The notes beneath the pieces are model-generated. The model was not told the origin of the DNA and searched no databases. It was given only the letters and a program-made list of their open reading frames with translations. A stretch of DNA of 64,000 nt from Vairimorpha necatrix (taxonomy: Eukaryota): positions 806,001 to 870,000 of the forward strand of contig CP142732.1 of assembly GCA_036630325.1 (NCBI GenBank), in the 5' to 3' direction. The position numbers and the translations under genes were made by a program. This document shows, in pieces, positions 13,686 through 24,994 of the stretch (its first letter is position 1; each line of letters begins with the position of its first letter).

Positions 13686-14599
13686 AAAAGCCTTGTCTTA
13701 AATCATTTTCTAGTTTATTTTTGAAATTATCACAATAGCTTTTATCTGTATCAATCTCTATTTTTATGTATAACTAGTTTATTTCAACGTCTTTTATTTT
13801 ATTTATTTTTTTAGATAAGAAATTAAACCAATAGTTTTTGAAAGACGGCGTAAGGTTGACACTGAAAGGCGCGAACATATAGTCTATTGGTGATATATTG
13901 ATCAATAGATGTATTTTAGGATCATAACATCCCATGCATTTGATAAAATAACACAAGGTTAATTTAAACTCCAATGTACAATATAATATTATTGGTATCT
14001 TACTGCTGCTATTGCACTCAATGTTCATACAAGAAAATTCACTTTAATACAAAAGAAAAAAAATGATTTAGAAAAGAGATGATCGGTAGGCAATAATCAT
14101 TCGTTTTATTCATAGATATGTGTCTTTAATAGTTTCAAATTAAAACTATCCAAAAACACATACATTATTATTGATTTTATTAGCATTTCAAAGCTTGAAT
14201 TAAAAAACGAGATAAAATTCAAATCTCTAGATAAGTATTGATATGTTTGATTTGTAATTATAGCTTTAGTTTTCGGTTTTAGCAGTAAAAAAATCATCAC
14301 AAAAAAAGAGAATTACATAGATTTAGGAAAATATATTAAACACAAAAAATAAAAAATCAAGGCATATTATAAATATAACGCTGTTTTGGTTCAGACATGT
14401 ACAAAAACGTAAAATTATCGCGAGTTTTAATGTCTTATACTTAAAGGGAAAAAAAACAATGTCAAAAAGCAAACATTATCTTAGATTGTTTCTTCTAAAC
14501 GCTAGCTTTTTTTTTTAATTTCTATGAGCCTTAAATTATGATGCCAATTATTTTTTAATTTAGAGTATACTCTCAATATAATTGTATTTCATTAAGTCT

Positions 14600-15780
14600 C
14601 ATGATGCGGGCAAAGAAATAGGAGATAGGGTTCTCCTTATATGTTAATATTATTTGATATAAAACTTTATTGGTGCTTTTTCGAAAATGTCGCTACACCA
14701 TAGTCATTTTGTAGTTATCCTCTGTTATATATATTCTACTTGTTTTACTTTGATCCACGTCGATAATTATTGATTATTACCTATTTAACTTTGTTTCCGT
14801 AGATTTTTCTTGCGTTGTGTTGGGAAGGAGGTTTCGTGTACAGTTTTTTTCATAAATATTGTTTATTACAATGTATTTATATGTTATTTTGTGCATTTAA
14901 GCAGATACAACACAAATCACCCATATTTATTAATTCAGTTCTAATCATATTTCTTCGATCAATATATTTGCCAAATTAAAAATTAAAACCTACATCTAGA
15001 CATTTTTCGTCTAAAAGTCTCTTTCCCTTCTCATATTTTCCATATACATCTTTCAGGTAGTTTTAGTACTTCTTGATTTTTGTAATCTCTTCTGACTCTT
15101 TATTAATAGAATTTTTAAAGACTACTTGAATATAAATTATCCTGAGAAGCTAGTTTCGTTCGATAACACGCATTTAATGTTCTCTATTTTTTTTTCTTAG
15201 TTTGTTTGCCATATGTTCTTTAATTTGGAATTTGTAAAAACCTTTCGCCAACTCGCGCACTTTTTAATTTTCGTTTAGGGATTATATATATTTGCGTAAT
15301 GGCTTCGTGATAGGGTCCGAATCCCATCTTCTGATGTAATTACTACAGTTTGACTTAAAATTTAGATAATTTAATAATTGGTTGTTGTGTAGTTATTTAA
15401 AGACGATGTATATTTTTTTATTTTTGTTATCGGAATGACTTCAATGTTTATAATATCTCTCCAGAGTTTTCTTTACAATCGAACTATTCATCATCAAATA
15501 TCCTCTTTTTATGATCTCTGTTTAATAATTCTTTAGATTATGATTGTCTTTGCGTATTTCTTAAGTAATTTTTTGTTTTTAGATATTCTGACCTTAAATT
15601 GCGCTGTCTAATCACATATAAGTTTTTTGTCCATAATATGGTATTTGTAAATGGTTTGATCGCACGTTCATTGTATCTTCCGAAATTGATTGACATCTCT
15701 TATTTTTTAAAATATGCAATGCTGTATGTTTATTTATCTGCTCACTTTATATGAATATGATGTAATCTCCTTGTTCTATG
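14600..15780 (-). mobile_element. Possible highly decayed LTR-retrotransposon (RNase H/integrase) remnant
   Basis: Coding-like composition on the minus strand with only faint fragments (HTALHIL, LHQKMG); no clean motif. Confidence 0.25.
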
Positions 15781-16425
15781 CGTCAAAACCTTGCTTCTAA
15801 ATGTCATTGCATGGATTAATTTGATAAATATGTAATTTTTGTAATGCATTTCGATTAAATGCGATGTAAACGTTAAACCTTTGCAATTGACTTATAATTG
15901 TTTATTATACATTTATATAATTAATTTTTGCTTTTTCTTTTTTTTTTGGGGGGAAAGGGGGGTATAAATAATTTTTTTGTTGTTAATACACAAAAACTGA
16001 ATGTCAATCTCTAGAACTCCGAAGACAATCAATAAAGGCAAATAGTTATAAAAAATGTTGTTCGGCTTTTGTAAATGCTTTATTGTTTATTATGACAAAA
16101 TAAGTTATTTGCAATATATTGTAAAATGGAAAGTTGACTAAAATTTTCAAACAGACACATTCTATGCTATAAATAATTTTTCTTTTGTTGTATACTAAAG
16201 GCAAAATTTCTTAGTTCTTAATCAATTTTTTTTACCAGCAGATTAATATCAGCAAAAATATTTTGTTTTCAATTTGACCATATATATTATTAGATAAACC
16301 AAAATCACTTCATTCTACTATGTAAAATATCAATTTAAATATGACAAGATACATAATTTTTTTCTTTTAGTGTCACTTAGGGTATTTCAAAATTAATAAA
16401 TTAATATAATAATTTTTTAGCCCCA

Positions 16426-16965
16426 ATGAATGTTTTAATCTTTCTAAATACTATTTTCTGCAGTTCGCTGTTTTTTGAAAACAGTATAATAAACGAATAT
16501 GATAGTTTGAGAGGAAGGGCTATACAATTAGAAAATTTAATAGTACTAATAAGAGACGAAATTAGAGAAGAAATGCCCCAAATGCTGGAATATTTAACAG
16601 AATCAAGGAACGAAAAGATTTTGATGGCATTTATCAAGTATAATGAATCACTTTGTTTATGCAATGTTGGATTTCTTTTGGACCAAAAGTTCAATGATTT
16701 CATAAAAGAAAATCCAACAAAAGATTCGTTTTATAAAATAAAAGTGGCTTTAGAAAGACTTTCAGATTTTTTTTTTGCATTTAAGTCATCACATAATTAT
16801 TTTATGAAAATTGTTTGTTATGATTATAAGGAAAATGAAAACAAACACTTTGATAACCGCTTAAGAACTATAAATGGAATTTACCAATATTTCAGAGAAG
16901 AATTAGAAGAAGCACTAAAAAAAATTGAAGAAATGAAGATTGAAATTAATATAAAGATTGAATAA
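16426..16965 (+). CDS. Expanded-family ~180-aa putative secreted protein, paralog 6 (divergent)
   Basis: CCCCA-ATG; MNVLIFLNTIFC; ESRNEKILMAF.KYNESLC and FFAFKSS motifs shared with the family. Confidence 0.8.
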   Translation: MNVLIFLNTIFCSSLFFENSIINEYDSLRGRAIQLENLIVLIRDEIREEMPQMLEYLTESRNEKILMAFIKYNESLCLCNVGFLLDQKFNDFIKENPTKDSFYKIKVALERLSDFFFAFKSSHNYFMKIVCYDYKENENKHFDNRLRTINGIYQYFREELEEALKKIEEMKIEINIKIE

Positions 16966-19900
16966 ATTAAAATATTTCTCTAATCATTTTTTTGCGTCTT
17001 TTGTCGTGTTTCATTTTTTTTCGTTTCTTCAAACAAATAAACGATTCTATATTTAAGTTACCAATTTAATCCGTAAAACAATTTTGCGGGTTATTAAAGT
17101 ACATTAGCTGACAAATAAACATAATTATATAGTAACAATATATTAAATAATTAGAAAAAACAAAAAAGCTAATTAATTTTTGATCGGTTGAGTACAATAA
17201 TTTGCATCACAAATGATATCAAGTAACTTTTATATAAAGTTTAGCACTTTCGCCTTCGTGATAGGAATATTGTAAAAATAATACTTTATGACAAAAAAAA
17301 ATTTAATACAAACACATAAAAGAATTTTATTAATTTTATTAATTTATTTTTAGTTTATGTGGGATCTTAACTTTCAATGTTCTTTTTTTTAGGCTATGCG
17401 CAATTCTTTAATATCAGCTTCTCGAGCTAACTCAGACATCCTCTAATTAGATCTCTTTATAGCTTTTCTGAATTATTCTCCGCCTGTCTTCTCACCTGAG
17501 CTTCTTTAACCCATTTAGTGATTCTTGTCGTTATATGCTTCCGTTCGGACACTAATTTGAGCTTATTAATTTGTAAACGAAAGAAATAGATTATAATTTT
17601 TCTTTGTTTAATATAATAACTTAAAAACATACTAAGAAAATAATAGTCCATTACAATCTCAAATATATATATATATATATTCATTTTACTTGTAAATGCA
17701 AAACTTATAAATTTCTAATGACTGTCAGATAAATTGTGCACTTATCTGCATAGAGTTAATATTAGCGAAATGGTGAAATTTTGATGTTAAAGAAAATATT
17801 TACATACATACCTAATTATTCTAGGAACCACTTCCTCTTGAATTAATGTTTAAACAGTAAAATCTAGCAATGTAAAATAATAGATATTGCTTTGCGTTGT
17901 AACTAAATTAATATAAACAATTTTGAAATAATTTCTTAAAGTAAGTCTGATAAGCATATCATATAGCTATAAATATGCATTACGAATATAATTTGTGTAA
18001 AAACTTTGTAAAGAAAAAATTTGTATGGACTTTTCATGAATTTATTCAAAAGTCAATTGTTATTTCACGAAAAGAAACGCTACGATCAGTAAGATTTAGC
18101 TTTTAGCGCCCATAAACCCACAATGTCCCGTATTCTATTCCTTACTACGACAAAAGTCTAGATTGAATTTCTATGTGTTTTGTTTTTTCTTAATGATAGG
18201 ATGACAAAAAATATCTCGAATTTTTAATGTCATATTAAGTATGGTTTCTTGTTTCATTTCTTTGCTTTAAATTGTATGAACAAGAGCTCAAGTGTTAGGA
18301 CAATATCATTGAGAATGTGAGTTATAAATTTTAATAAACGAATTAGGCCTTATGAATAAAAGAATAATACTGTGCTCTTATAACTTAGATGTAACAGATG
18401 AATCTAAAATTAAGTTTATAAATTTGTGTAAAGTGGCTAAAAATATTTTTTTTATTTCTAATTCATAATTTCCTAATCTTGGTATGGTACAAATAAAGCA
18501 AAATTTTCAGATATTTTGGTTTTAACCTGGTACGGATTATTATTGTCGTGCATATTTACTAAGAATTTTTAAATAAATAAGCAATTTTTATTCATCTAAA
18601 TATGATGTTCTGTCAAATTTAATGTAAATCAAAATATTTAATTATATTAATAATATATAATCAGTAAAGACCAATTTCGAAAAAAACTCCACATATAAAT
18701 ACAAAAAAATTTAAAGATTGTACACAATAAAATGTTATCAACTGAAGATTAAATAATTAAAATGTTTAAATGGATTTAATGGGTTAATGTATATTATTGC
18801 GATTAAAATATCAATCGTTCCTAGATTTATATCAAAAAATTTTATACATGAAAATTTTTAACAATTGTTTACCAGATTACCAACGTTTTTATAAAATCTT
18901 AAAAAAAAATTGCAGACTGGTTTGACACAAGAAAATTTTAAATTTTAAAACAATTATTTTAGGTAATATAACTTTTATTTTGAAGATGTCTAAGGCTATA
19001 TAATAATATATGTAACAAATTCTAAACCAGCCAAAATTTGATATATAAAAACAAGCCAAGACATGCATTTAAAATTGATTAAACATTGATTAAACATTGT
19101 GCGCGTGATATATTAATATTCAATTTTTTTGAAATTGTTTTTTAATCGTAGCTTTATAAATATCCAATATATAATTGAAAATTTTATGTTTTTCAAAAAT
19201 AATTTTTTAAGATGTTTAGATTCATCAGATCGAATTTAGAAAAGGATTTTAACTAATATTTAAATTCATACACAATGTTTCCTATGCCATGTCGCAAGAC
19301 AGTGTTTGGCTTATTAAACATTAGTATATTAAAAAAACTAAGTATTTCCATAAAACTGTTACATTTGGGATAAAAATCCACAAAATATGCTCAAATGCCG
19401 AAAAGGTCGCTTTGGTATGTTTGGCCTAATTTAATGTGATCAAAACAATATTAACATGAGTATTTCAAGAATGCTTGTTGGGTGAAAAAGAATTATGAAA
19501 AAAATGTCTTTAATGAAAACAGTTACTTTATGTAATTATGACACTAGAAAACGACGACTGTTTTTACTTAGTTTCTAAAATCAATTACTTCTGATAGCAT
19601 AAAATAAAAAACTAGTTATATGTCAATAAGTATAACTATTATTAAAAAATTTCACATGAAACTATGTAATAACTGTCAGAACTTATTATATAGATGTCAT
19701 ATATCTTTTATCTACTGATATAAAAAAATTAAAACTATCAATCTATAAAAAAAAGTTATTTTGTTTTGGAAAGGGGCATTCGATACGTTTTTCAATATTA
19801 ATTACATGATTCCTTTATTTATTTTATTCAATAAATATAAAGAACATGTTGTGAAAAATAAAACTAAATATTTTTTTTAAAGTAAAATATATAATAAAAT

Positions 19901-20046
19901 CTGGCATAAAATTCCATGAGCTATTTGCAGTCTTTAATTTGACTTTTTTTTTAAGACGATATTCATTTAAAAAAATAAATATGTAAGAAAATCCTAGGTA
20001 AATATAAACGTTGCTAAAAATTTTATAAAAAATAATATTAAAATTT

Positions 20047-21684
20047 TTAATTTGCATATTTTTTAATAATCTCATTCAAAAAGTGTGTTGTTTCGACTCT
20101 AAGATTAAATTTCTTAGTTTTGTTTTTAAATGTTTTGCATTTCAGGATTAGAGAACATTCTAAATTTTCAATACTTGTATTTTTTTCAGATTCTGCTTGC
20201 AATGAGAAAGTATCAAGAAAATCAAATCTTTTAGAAACTACATAATTATGGATTTCTAGTTTCAACGCCGAAAAATCAAAATGCGAAATGTTAGGATTCA
20301 GAGAAAATTTAAACACTAATATTTTTTCAGGAGCTCTTGTCATATTAATTAATTTCTTCTTCCATAATTCCGAATTAAGGAATTTCACTTTGCCTCCATT
20401 CTCGCACAATAATGACGTGCTAGTCAATCCGAATGTGTATACTTTATATTCATCGCCATCGACTATTACTTCATCTCCCACATCAAATTGATGACTTAGT
20501 AACATCATAAAGTTATAATATTGATCTGTAGCCATACCACTTGCAATAAAATTTAAAGCCAAAGCACTACTTAGTGCAAGTGCCAATAATTCTTTTAGCG
20601 GAGCTCCGAATAATATCAGATAAATTAGGCAAAGAATGAAAAAAACAAAAACGTTAAAAAATGTTCCAATAATTGAAACGAATTCTTCTGCACGGCGAAC
20701 ACTTTTTTCAAGATATATTCTTTCCATATAAAAAGTCATTATAGTATCATGAAAAGTTTTCATTTTTATAGATTTGTCAATTCCGTTATCAAAATAAAAG
20801 AATGCATTAATTGCTGTCTGTGGATTTGCAAAAATAGTATTAAATTCATCAACTGTAAGAGATTTACCATTTCCACTTGCTTTGACGAATACGTCTTTAG
20901 CCAATGTTTTGGCATCAGAAATACTGTGTAACTCTGGCTCTGGAATATCCAAATATGTTTTTTGTATATCTAAATCTTCTAAACTCCGGTCGTTTAAATT
21001 ATCCAAATGTGAACTTGAAGACATATCATAACAATAAATATCCTGACATGGACAATTTTGACTTCCGACACTACTAGAGGAGCCTATCTCATATCTGAAA
21101 GTTTTCATTGATGATATTATTTTTTCAGTTTTTTCTACATCATTAATTTTTGCTTTTAATGTTTGATTGACGAAATATCTATCAAAAAAGATCATTATTA
21201 CAGATGTTATATTGTATGCAATTGATGTTACTAGAACAGATGCAAAAAACGCTCTTAAATAATAATAACAACCTAATACGTCGTTCATATTTGCTTTAAA
21301 CCAAGATAGATTTACAAGGCTCCATATTGATAAGATGATTAATCTATAACTTCCAAGAATGAATTCCAACATTGAATTCACTCTGACATTTAAACAAACA
21401 TAGACAGTGCATTTTACTAAAACATAAATAAAAACGAACGAACCCAATATAAAAATACTATTGTTTAACAAAATGAAGAAATCTATACCGAAAAGACTTA
21501 AATTAGACATTCTAAAGACAAAATATATAATTCTTAATCCTACAAAAAACAACAATACATAACCTATTTGGCTGGAGAGTAAATCAAACAAGAATGAAAA
21601 TGTGCTTCTTTTGTATTCACTTTGTTCGAATTCCTCTAGTTCCGCATCGATATCATTTTCAAACCAATTGAAATTTTCATTCAT
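20047..21684 (-). CDS. Small-conductance mechanosensitive channel (MscS-like)
   Basis: Multiple TM segments followed by the MscS core HQFDVGDEVIVDG...LTSTSLL...NSELWKKKLINMTR. Confidence 0.85.
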   Translation of the reverse strand: MNENFNWFENDIDAELEEFEQSEYKRSTFSFLFDLLSSQIGYVLLFFVGLRIIYFVFRMSNLSLFGIDFFILLNNSIFILGSFVFIYVLVKCTVYVCLNVRVNSMLEFILGSYRLIILSIWSLVNLSWFKANMNDVLGCYYYLRAFFASVLVTSIAYNITSVIMIFFDRYFVNQTLKAKINDVEKTEKIISSMKTFRYEIGSSSSVGSQNCPCQDIYCYDMSSSSHLDNLNDRSLEDLDIQKTYLDIPEPELHSISDAKTLAKDVFVKASGNGKSLTVDEFNTIFANPQTAINAFFYFDNGIDKSIKMKTFHDTIMTFYMERIYLEKSVRRAEEFVSIIGTFFNVFVFFILCLIYLILFGAPLKELLALALSSALALNFIASGMATDQYYNFMMLLSHQFDVGDEVIVDGDEYKVYTFGLTSTSLLCENGGKVKFLNSELWKKKLINMTRAPEKILVFKFSLNPNISHFDFSALKLEIHNYVVSKRFDFLDTFSLQAESEKNTSIENLECSLILKCKTFKNKTKKFNLRVETTHFLNEIIKKYAN

Positions 21685-21770
21685 ATTGTTTACCTATTTT
21701 GTTTTTTTAAATAGTTTTGTTTCAGTCTGAGACATGGTTTTGGATTTTGTTTTACTTGTAAAATTAATAT

Positions 21771-21800
21771 TAAAAAGCCGTTAAATTTAACGGCTTTTTA
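21771..21800. promoter_or_regulatory. Perfect 30-bp palindrome in the divergent MscS/IntS11 promoter
   Basis: TAAAAAGCCGTTAAATTTAACGGCTTTTTA is its own reverse complement and is followed directly by GACCCCAA-ATG. Function is inferred. Confidence 0.55.
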
Positions 21801-21808
21801 GACCCCAA

Positions 21809-23308
21809 ATGAAAATCATTCCATTGGGTGCGGGTCAAGATGTAGGCAGATCTTGTATTATTGTTAATGTAGAAGGTAGAACTGTTATGTTTGATTGTGG
21901 TATGCACATGGGGTTTAATGATCAAAGAAGATTTCCAGATTTTTCTGTATTAAGTAAAACTGGCGATTATAATAAACTTATAGATTGTATCATTATTTCT
22001 CATTTTCATTTGGACCACACGGGGGCTCTGCCTTTTTTTACTGAAATTTGTAAATTTGATGGTCCAATATACATGACAAAACCAACCAAAGCCGTTATAC
22101 CATTATTATTAGAAGATTTCAGGAAGATCTCGTCCCCTAAAACCGTAGATGGTAATTTTTTTACTTATACAGATATTTTAAATTGTATGAAAAAAATTAT
22201 AACTATAAATTTTAATGAAACTTATAAACACGACGATGATTTTTATATCACGCCATACTATGCAGGCCACGTTATAGGGGCAGCTATGTTCCACATTAAG
22301 GTGGGTAACAGGAGTATTGTTTATACTGGTGATTATAATATGACGCCCGATAGACACTTAGGAGCCGCTTCTATTCCATGTTTAAAACCAGATTTACTTA
22401 TTACAGAATCCACATATGGTTCAATTACTAGAGATTGTAGAAAATCCAAGGAGCGAGAATTTTTCAAAGCTGTGTTAGACTGTGTAACAAACGGCGGAAA
22501 AGTTCTTATTCCCATTTTTGCTTTAGGACGTGCTCAAGAACTTTGTCTCTTACTTGATTCGCACTGGGAAAGAATGAACTTGAAAGTTCCAATATATTTT
22601 TCAGGAGGTTTAACTGAAAAAGCAAATAATATTTACAAACAATTTGTAAGCTACACAAATGAAACTATAAAAAATAGTGCTATAAATTATAATGTATTTG
22701 AGTTTAAAAATATTTCTACCTTCCAGAAACATTTTTTAGATTTAAATACTCCTATGGTACTTTTTGCCTCGCCCGGAATGTTACATTCAGGCATGTCGCT
22801 TAAAGTTTTCAAAGAATGGTGTTCAGATCCTAAAAATCTTGTAATAATTCCTGGATATTGTGTTAAAGGAACAGTGGGCGACAAGGTTTTAAATGGAGAT
22901 AGTGAAATAGAAATATTGGGAGAAGTAAAACATATTAATATAAAAGTTAAAAATTTAGCATTTAGTGCTCACGCAGATGCACAAGGCATTTTAAATTTGA
23001 TTGACATGTGTAAACCAAAAAATGTAATGTTAGTTCATGGAGAAAAATCAAGAATTAATATTTTAAAAAAGACAATTGAAGATAAATTTAACATTCCTGT
23101 ATTTAAACCAGAAAATGGTACATGTATAAATATTCCCAAAGATGATCTTATTAGATTGAGATTTAAAGGTGAAAATTTAGAAAAATTTTACAAAAATAAC
23201 TTGCACAAACAACAAGTAGCACTGAAATTCAGAATTAATAAAAGAAAAGAAGGCGAGAATTTTTTGGAAGTTTCTGAGTGTGAAAATATCATAAATGACG
23301 CGGAATAA
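21809..23308 (+). CDS. INTS11: beta-CASP metallo-beta-lactamase RNA endonuclease, IntS11/CPSF73-II type
   Basis: GAGQDVGRSC, DCGMHMGFND.RRFPDFS, SHFHLDH, AGHVIGAAMF, TESTYG, FSAHAD, VHGE. The QDVGRS and MHMGFND signatures match IntS11 rather than CPSF73/Ysh1. Confidence 0.8.
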   Translation: MKIIPLGAGQDVGRSCIIVNVEGRTVMFDCGMHMGFNDQRRFPDFSVLSKTGDYNKLIDCIIISHFHLDHTGALPFFTEICKFDGPIYMTKPTKAVIPLLLEDFRKISSPKTVDGNFFTYTDILNCMKKIITINFNETYKHDDDFYITPYYAGHVIGAAMFHIKVGNRSIVYTGDYNMTPDRHLGAASIPCLKPDLLITESTYGSITRDCRKSKEREFFKAVLDCVTNGGKVLIPIFALGRAQELCLLLDSHWERMNLKVPIYFSGGLTEKANNIYKQFVSYTNETIKNSAINYNVFEFKNISTFQKHFLDLNTPMVLFASPGMLHSGMSLKVFKEWCSDPKNLVIIPGYCVKGTVGDKVLNGDSEIEILGEVKHINIKVKNLAFSAHADAQGILNLIDMCKPKNVMLVHGEKSRINILKKTIEDKFNIPVFKPENGTCINIPKDDLIRLRFKGENLEKFYKNNLHKQQVALKFRINKRKEGENFLEVSECENIINDAE

Positions 23309-23324
23309 ATTTTTTTTCAAAAAA

Positions 23325-23981
23325 TTAAAATATTTTATCAAAATTTGGTATTTTCATTTTTGAAATGCAATCTTTTAAATAATTTGCTACAGTAAAAACA
23401 CGTTTAGTTGTTTCTAAGGAATCTTGCAATGGTGCTATCCAAATGTAGGCATTGCACCCAATAATTATTTCTACATCAGAAAAATTTAAAAATCTTGTTT
23501 TTACTATTGGAACATTTGATGCAGCCATTTTTATTAAGACTCCTTTTTCGAGTTTTCTATATTTTTCGTTTCGTGTATGTAAACTTACAGATCCACTTTT
23601 ATTTACTTTTTGTATTTCGGCTACTAATAAATCGTCAATATTAAAAAATTCGCGCATCATTATTTCGTCGCATTCAAGTTTTCTTCTTTGAGTTACACCA
23701 GGCAGATTTATAGATGATAAATTTAGAGTAGTTTCTGAAATGCAATTCATTTCTATTTTCCATTTTTTATTATATATACTTGTTACTCTTCCTATGACAA
23801 CATCGCCTATTTCCGGCGTGTATCTGTAAAACATTTTCGGCACAACAGTAACAAGTTTATTAATGTTTTTTGGTATTCCAAAATATGATGAAAGTAGTTG
23901 GTCGTTTTTAATTTGCGTACCATGCCCTTTGATAAATTCATCTGCGTCGCAGATTGTTTCACCGGGCAACTTGTAGTTCAT
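23325..23981 (-). CDS. RRP4: Exosome cap subunit Rrp4
   Basis: GHGT, RYTPEIGDVVIGRV, LSSINLPG..QRRK, SLHTRNEKYRKL, IIGCNAYIWI. Confidence 0.92.
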   Translation of the reverse strand: MNYKLPGETICDADEFIKGHGTQIKNDQLLSSYFGIPKNINKLVTVVPKMFYRYTPEIGDVVIGRVTSIYNKKWKIEMNCISETTLNLSSINLPGVTQRRKLECDEIMMREFFNIDDLLVAEIQKVNKSGSVSLHTRNEKYRKLEKGVLIKMAASNVPIVKTRFLNFSDVEIIIGCNAYIWIAPLQDSLETTKRVFTVANYLKDCISKMKIPNFDKIF

Positions 23982-24013
23982 AGGGGGTTATGAAATGTTT
24001 TCTTATATCCCCT

Positions 24014-24583
24014 ATGATCAAAATTAATAAAAAACAATACGCTAATAACGTTATTTCATATTTGACAGATTCTTCATATTCTTTTATAGAAGACATATCG
24101 ACAGATTATGAAATTAATAATACGATATCAGTTTTATTTTTATCTCTAAGATTTCATTGTACAAAACCAGAGTATATTTATAAGAGACTAAATAAATTAA
24201 AACCGTATAAATTGAGTATTGTTCTGTTATATGTAGATTCTGAAAATTTTTCATCTACACTTTTAGAGTTGTACGATAAACTTGACGCGACAATCATTTT
24301 GGGATTTTCTAATGAGGAATGTGCGAGATATTTAAAAGGATTGGATATTAATCAAAATAGATCTATTAATGTAATTAGAAGAAAAGAAGAATCATATGAA
24401 ACATTCTTAACTTCTTGGCCGAAAATCAACACAACGGATTCGGCCTGTATTTTAAAAAATTATCATAATTTGAAAGATTTTTTCAATAATCTTGAAAAAG
24501 ATGTCAAAAACATTTCTGGTATTGGAAATACAAAGACAAGTTTGCTTAAGAAATATTATGACATGAACTTCAAAGAAGAATGA
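24014..24583 (+). CDS. RAD10: Nucleotide excision repair protein ERCC1/Rad10
   Basis: VLFLSLRFH..KPEYIYKR, SNEECARYL and C-terminal HhH motifs (KINTTD, ISGIG). Start placed at the CCCCT-ATG (24014). Confidence 0.85.
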   Translation: MIKINKKQYANNVISYLTDSSYSFIEDISTDYEINNTISVLFLSLRFHCTKPEYIYKRLNKLKPYKLSIVLLYVDSENFSSTLLELYDKLDATIILGFSNEECARYLKGLDINQNRSINVIRRKEESYETFLTSWPKINTTDSACILKNYHNLKDFFNNLEKDVKNISGIGNTKTSLLKKYYDMNFKEE

Positions 24584-24994
24584 CAAGACATCAAAATAAG
24601 CTCATATCTTAAAAATAATACAGTGCCGTTTTTACAATTAAAACAAAAACTGTTGAATTATAAACACGCGGTTGTTTTTACAAAATAATTAGAATATTGA
24701 CATATCAAAAATTCGAATTTTCAAATTAAAAATTTCTTGCACTTTCTACAATTGTATCTATTTTTACAAAAGCAGAGAACACTTACCTTGTCTTTTTTAA
24801 AAGCAATTTTTAAGACTATAATTTTTATATATAGGAAATTCAAAAGAACTTTTTTTGATATTTTTTTAAATTATAATAAAAAATTAAGAAAAAATGTTTG
24901 AGAACTGTTGTCTGCTTTTTATAACAAAAAGAGATAAAGCGTTCTCAAGAGAATCGTCTCTTGGGGGTAAATTTTTATTTTATTAAACCCTAGA

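Noticed and set aside
17400-17684. 75-aa minus-strand ORF with a GC-richer 3' part
   Set aside because: No CCC start context and no recognisable motif; at most an unidentifiable remnant.
24781-24860. ACTTACCT (U1 5'-end-like) and AAGACTATA (U3 5'-like) words
   Set aside because: No U1-70K loop or U3 boxes follow; short matches are expected by chance.
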